From the NCBI GenBank assembly GCA_000092065.1, contig CP000584.1: DNA of 64,000 nucleotides; one strand, given 5' to 3'. Positions within the stretch are counted from its first letter, which is position 1, and each line of letters begins with the position of its first letter. The translations under genes were made by a program, and so were the position numbers. The stretch comes from Ostreococcus lucimarinus (taxonomy: Eukaryota). The notes under the pieces were generated by a model. That model did no database searches, was not told the origin of the DNA, and saw nothing but the letters and a program-made list of their open reading frames with translations. This document shows, one piece after another, positions 59,751 through 64,000 of the stretch.

Positions 59751-62700
59751 ATGTCGGAATCAACTGTGTCCGTATCGCTCGCCGGCGACGCCGACGCCAC
59801 CGCGCGAGTCGGCGGCGACGTCGGGACAAACGAGGCGACGACGACGACGACGACGCCGACGACGACGGGAGCGACGAAGCCACGCCACAGGAACTTTCGC
59901 CGTCGGGCAGCGCATGATCGAAGGGAGCGATGGAGGCAGGCACAGACGGCCAACTGGCGCCGAGGCGCGGAGACTGACAGCGAAGACCACAGCGATTCAT
60001 CGCACTCGGACGCCGTGATGCGTTGGAAGCAAGGATCGAGCGCCGACGAGGCCGACGAGATTGACCTCAAAATGCCAGAGCACTTAAAGCCGGTATTCGT
60101 GCAAGGAAAGTTGATGATGCGAAAGAAAAAGCAGTCCAGCGCGCATGTGCGGTCGAAAAAGACGCTTCACGCGTCGAGTTCCGAGACGGCTTCGCACTCG
60201 TCGCGAAGTATATCTGAATGGGAGCGCGCGCAGACTGCCGCTTGGCGTGGGCAAGAGCAAGCGGTTCCATCTGGTTTGCAAGACTGGGACGACGACGACG
60301 ACGACGATTTTGCGAATCGGTTGCGCCAGCCCTTGAAGTTGCCATCCACAGTCGCGTCGAGTAGTAGTAGCAGTAGCAGCAGCAGCTCTTCGAGCTCTTC
60401 GAGCGGCAGTGGCAACGATGGCTCGGCGAAAAAAGCGCCGTCGAAGCCCAAACCATCGATGCTCACCAGACAAGATCACATCAGGCACGTTGATGAGAGT
60501 GACAAGGAGTATTACACCCCTACTGACTCCGACGACACGTTTGAATCCACTGACGGTGACGATGCGAGCGCCGAATGCGAGGACGACGAGGTCGACGAAT
60601 TTGATGAAGAGTTTGACGACGACGAGAACGGCGCTGAAGCGCGAAAAAAGTTGAGAAAGAAAAAGAAAAGAACAGACAAAAGGGCGTTGGGTAAAGCTCT
60701 CACGCCGCCGATGAGTCCGAAGAGCAAGGCGAGGCATCGTTGCATCAAAGGAGAGCTCGCAGCGTCAAAGGCACGAACGGAAGCGCTTCGCGCGCAGCAC
60801 GCCGCCGTCAAGTACGCATTGGAAGTGGAGAGCGAAACAGGCGAGCGTGTGGTGAATGATGAGCTCAGTCTGGTGCTCGCCGAAGCTAGCAAAGAGAGTG
60901 GAACGATCGACGCCGGGATGCGAGTGCGCGCGAGCATGTTTGCGAAGACAAACGGGCTTTCACCTTTACCGGTTTGCACGTGCAACGAGACGCCCATGAC
61001 GCTCATCGGCTCCAATCACAAAGGTTCGTGTGCGGCGTATTGCCAAATTCACATGCCGTTTGCGGCTGCGAAAATGGGGGTGTACGGAACTTCGCATAGT
61101 GAAAATCACGTCGAAGAGGCGACTCGACGTCTACGAGCGGTGTATCTAGAAGAGAAGGCGATCGAAGAAAAGCAAAAGCAAAAGGTGCGAAATGCTGAAG
61201 CGCGACGAAAAGCGCGAGGTGACTTTTCGTGGGCGAAGGGTGGAGCCCTGGAACGTCAAGCTGGTGATTCGAGTGACTCCGACTGGGACATAGCGCGTGT
61301 GTCGAAGACGGTCGGTGGGCACGGCGGCCCGCCCTTGGTGGTCCCGAATCCCCAGATCGAGCGCTCAAAGCAGCGTCTCGCGGAGCTTCGCGAGTCGCAC
61401 GGGTACCAACTCTTCGAGACTCGCACACATTACATGATCGTGACCAATAACAGGAGCAAATCATTGTATCGTCTGGCAAAGATCGAGCGTTTTTCAGATG
61501 AGTTTCGAATCGATGAAGATCCATTCTTGTACTCACAGATGCAAATTCAAAACTTGCTCAAGATGGCCGCAATGTCGCAGCAAGGGTGTAGACGTATAAG
61601 TGGAGGACATGGGATCGTCGGTTTCATCCAGTTGTACAACTTTGAATCGACGTCTGAGACGGGTCTCGACTTGGACGCGATGAACGATTGCAAAGGAGGT
61701 GACATTATTAAAATCACTGAACAAATTTATCGTAAGCACATATGGGCCATGAAGCGCAAAGAGCTGATGTTTTCGTTCCTCGAGCGAACGAAGACGGTGC
61801 GCGGCATTCCAAGTTACCTCTATCAGCTTGGCCCGCATCAAGGCTATACGCTCTTCAGCGGCGCAGACCAAGTGAGACCCGTAGGCAAGTTTGGTGTGAA
61901 GACGCACACGAGAGCGGTGCCGCCAGGAGCGTTAAGCGCCGCCGCGAAGCAGATCGCATCTGATCCCAACGAGACGGCGGGCGCTCCCACAGACATCAAC
62001 GGTGAAGCCGAAACTGAAGTGGAGCGTAATAAAGCGCAGCAGGATCGTAGACCGAATTGGTTTGATCGCATCGTCGCGAATATCGACGAAGCGGTTCAGA
62101 ATCAAGAAGAAGAATTGCGAAGGCTTGAATTGAAGAAGATGACTAAAGATCAAAATGACGAAATAGTGGAACAACAGCGCCTCGAGCAATTGAAGCGAGA
62201 GGAAGAAGCGGCCGCAGCTCTCGCCGCGAGCGAGGACAATTGGACGAAAATGATTCTCGAGGGTTTCATTGTACCTGAAATTCCCACCGACAACGCGCTT
62301 CCGGGACAAGTCATGCAAATCGCTGCAAACAAATACATTTACCGAACCAAGTACTTGACGGTTTTCAGAGAGCTCGATCCTTCTGAAGACGACGAGAGCG
62401 ATCCAGACGATGCAGCGCTTCGTGAAGAGGATGTGGGGTCGAGTTCGGATTCTGAACGCGCAAAATCGGATAAGAGGCGTACAGATCAACAGCCATCGTC
62501 ACCGACGCAGACACCTGCGTCTCCAAAGATATTCGATCGCTTGAAGAGTATGTTCCAATCGAAGAAGCAACCAGATATTGAGAAGCAGGTGAGTTTTCAC
62601 ACCCCCGCAGACGACGACGTTCTCGCCGAGCGCGCCGACATGCCGCCTTCCCAAATGAGCAAGCAAATGAGCCAAGATTTACAAGAAGCGGATGGTGTGA

Positions 62701-63488
62701 AAACGAATCAGTCCATCCGGCATTCTTTGTCACCTATCAGCACGACACGAGCTGGTGTCGCCAAAGACGGCGACGTCCTTCCGCCGAAGTCGCCAAAGTC
62801 ACCAAAGTCACCAAAGTCTACTGATATCAAACCACAGAAGGAAAACGCGGTGGTGATCAACAGCAAGGTGTATCCCGAGGACAAAAATGTCTTCCAGTCT
62901 GACAGCGATCCAGATTGGGATTCTGACGGCGACGCTTTCGAGTACTCTGACGAATCGAGCGACACCGACGAAGACGAAGAAGTTTTCGTCGAGTATACGT
63001 TGATTGAACGCATTCTCATCTTTCTCGGGTTTTTGGAGGATCGCCAGGCGAAGGAAAAGGCGGCGCACGAATCATCCGACTCCGAAGAAGAACCCACAGC
63101 TGGCATATTTACTCGAGTCTACGACGGCGTCGGCGCGATGATGAATTCGGCGCCGACGTCAACGAAATCAGCGGCAGCCCCTGGTACGAAGAAGCCCAAG
63201 CCCGGACAGCGTAAGAAAGCAGATGGCGTGTACAGAAAGAAGAAAGACTCAGCTCACACGAAGCGAAGGCTCACAAAAGAAGAGCTCGCTGCCGCTGTTG
63301 AGCGTCGTCGCGTCGCTTTGGAAGCAAGGGAAAAGCGCCGAAAGCGCCGCGCCGAGATCCGCGCCGCGAGGGCCAAGGCTCAAGCGAAAGCGCAGGCGCG
63401 CATCGATCGCTACAAATTCGACCCCGATCAAGACATAATTAAACTGCGCTTTAAAGCGTTCGGTGGCCACGCACCGATGATGTTGTAA
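59751..63488 (+). CDS. large hypothetical protein (1246 aa from first ATG) with acidic/Ser-rich low complexity, coiled-coil segments, Cys/His cluster and (KSP)x4 repeat; telomere-proximal
   Basis: It is one long ORF (59505..63488) with moderate-GC coding-like composition and no recognisable enzymatic domain. A CTCNETPMTLIGSNHKGSCAAYCQIHMP Cys/His cluster is present. Confidence 0.55.
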   Translation: MSESTVSVSLAGDADATARVGGDVGTNEATTTTTTPTTTGATKPRHRNFRRRAAHDRRERWRQAQTANWRRGAETDSEDHSDSSHSDAVMRWKQGSSADEADEIDLKMPEHLKPVFVQGKLMMRKKKQSSAHVRSKKTLHASSSETASHSSRSISEWERAQTAAWRGQEQAVPSGLQDWDDDDDDDFANRLRQPLKLPSTVASSSSSSSSSSSSSSSSGSGNDGSAKKAPSKPKPSMLTRQDHIRHVDESDKEYYTPTDSDDTFESTDGDDASAECEDDEVDEFDEEFDDDENGAEARKKLRKKKKRTDKRALGKALTPPMSPKSKARHRCIKGELAASKARTEALRAQHAAVKYALEVESETGERVVNDELSLVLAEASKESGTIDAGMRVRASMFAKTNGLSPLPVCTCNETPMTLIGSNHKGSCAAYCQIHMPFAAAKMGVYGTSHSENHVEEATRRLRAVYLEEKAIEEKQKQKVRNAEARRKARGDFSWAKGGALERQAGDSSDSDWDIARVSKTVGGHGGPPLVVPNPQIERSKQRLAELRESHGYQLFETRTHYMIVTNNRSKSLYRLAKIERFSDEFRIDEDPFLYSQMQIQNLLKMAAMSQQGCRRISGGHGIVGFIQLYNFESTSETGLDLDAMNDCKGGDIIKITEQIYRKHIWAMKRKELMFSFLERTKTVRGIPSYLYQLGPHQGYTLFSGADQVRPVGKFGVKTHTRAVPPGALSAAAKQIASDPNETAGAPTDINGEAETEVERNKAQQDRRPNWFDRIVANIDEAVQNQEEELRRLELKKMTKDQNDEIVEQQRLEQLKREEEAAAALAASEDNWTKMILEGFIVPEIPTDNALPGQVMQIAANKYIYRTKYLTVFRELDPSEDDESDPDDAALREEDVGSSSDSERAKSDKRRTDQQPSSPTQTPASPKIFDRLKSMFQSKKQPDIEKQVSFHTPADDDVLAERADMPPSQMSKQMSQDLQEADGVKTNQSIRHSLSPISTTRAGVAKDGDVLPPKSPKSPKSPKSTDIKPQKENAVVINSKVYPEDKNVFQSDSDPDWDSDGDAFEYSDESSDTDEDEEVFVEYTLIERILIFLGFLEDRQAKEKAAHESSDSEEEPTAGIFTRVYDGVGAMMNSAPTSTKSAAAPGTKKPKPGQRKKADGVYRKKKDSAHTKRRLTKEELAAAVERRRVALEAREKRRKRRAEIRAARAKAQAKAQARIDRYKFDPDQDIIKLRFKAFGGHAPMML

Positions 63489-63842
63489 AATTAATACGCG
63501 GGCTAATCAATCGCGCATGGCGCAGGGTCTCTTGAACGAAAGCGTACGTAGAAACTTAGAAAATGGCCTTTTTAGGGTCGTTTGTCGCCCAACACGAACA
63601 CTGAAGAAGGCACTTTGACGCAAGAGTCCGGCGACGTCCGGAGCGTCGAGGGGGAAGTCTGCGGTGCCGTGCTGGTCGACGAGTGATGGCCGTAGGGTGT
63701 CGTGCAGGTGCACAGGAAGGATGCGAATGCTAGTGACTTTTCGGGTTTAGTACGATCCAGAGAACCTAGGGTTAGGTGTAATAAGTATTAGCTAGTCGGT
63801 CGGTTACGGCACTTCTCCCGAAGCGCCTGCCTCCCTCATGCG
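63489..63842. other. subtelomeric spacer with degenerate telomere-like fragments
   Basis: The 354 bp between the last stop codon and the telomere array contain CTAGGGTTAGGTG, GGGTTTAGTACG and TTTTTAGGGT. There is no ORF. Confidence 0.7.
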
Positions 63843-64000
63843 TAGGGTTTAGGGTTTCGGTTTAGGGTTTAGGGTTTAGGGTTTAGGGTTTAGGGTTTAG
63901 GGTTTAGGGTTTAGGGTTTAGGGTTTAGGGTTTAGGGTTTAGGGTTTAGGGTTTAGGGTTTAGGGTTTAGGGTTTAGGGTTTAGGGTTTAGGGTTTAGGG
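63843..64000 (+). repeat. telomere: (TTTAGGG)n, G-rich strand 5'->3' toward window end (right chromosome terminus)
   Basis: The array starts with TAGGGTTTAGGGTTTCGG and then has more than 19 perfect TTTAGGG units to the last base. Its orientation is correct for a physical chromosome end. Confidence 0.95.

Noticed and set aside
1-64000. Prokaryotic-style features (operons, CRISPR arrays, IS elements, integrons)
   Set aside because: The sequence is nuclear eukaryotic, with a telomere, GT-AG introns and eukaryote-specific genes such as ORC1, DDX3, ataxin-2, HBS1 and SPX. The only direct repeats are coding minisatellites and a 31-bp promoter duplication. Nothing has CRISPR repeat-spacer periodicity or terminal inverted repeats.
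26000-64000. Apparent isochore shift to lower GC in the distal 38 kb (suggestive of a low-GC outlier chromosome region)
   Set aside because: On inspection the conserved coding cores in the first 26 kb have a GC (50-60%) similar to those distally. The proximal part looks GC-richer mainly because it has more GC-rich spacers and low-complexity extensions. A true compartment boundary would need quantitative windows to support it.

Overview
This is a GC-rich, gene-dense (~1 gene per 1.9 kb) nuclear eukaryotic chromosome end. It terminates at the + (right) end in a (TTTAGGG)n telomere. Most genes are single-exon, but at least three need one short intron (about 180-340 bp) that the six-frame ORF track does not model. 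Several markers point to an intron-poor picoplanktonic green alga of Mamiellophyceae type: an ORC1 with a PHD finger inserted in the BAH domain, a single-domain SPX protein, CtpA with a thylakoid-lumen targeting peptide, DUF4336 and At5g03900-like chloroplast proteins, a DNMT5 gene, compact intergenic regions and the TTTAGGG telomere. This assignment is inference, not proof. I count about 33 protein-coding genes, including a Ser/Thr kinase, RING-H2 E3 ligase, APEX2 with a zf-GRF finger, ORC1, ataxin-2-like, PrmA, a DDX3/Ded1 helicase, SPX, TCP11-like, HBS1-like, a tRNA-type CCCH methyltransferase, COX16-like, HCNGP-like, isochorismatase and a family-16 methyltransferase. I could support no rRNA, tRNA, CRISPR array or clear transposon. 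Three items stand out. (1) A complete stand-alone tyrosine recombinase (phage-integrase/Crypton-like) gene with host-like composition. (2) A 1553-aa single-ORF fusion of FSH1 serine hydrolase, AMP-dependent adenylation domain, membrane acyltransferase-3 domain and carrier-protein-like domain. (3) A DNMT5 (C5-methyltransferase + RING + SNF2) gene whose true N-terminus appears to be a spliced histone-H1-like basic S/TPKK tail exon; it also carries an in-frame (KKTPT)7 repeat. The high GC produces very long spurious antisense ORFs. Intergenic spacers and N-terminal extensions are richer in GC and GAC/CGN repeats than the conserved coding cores.
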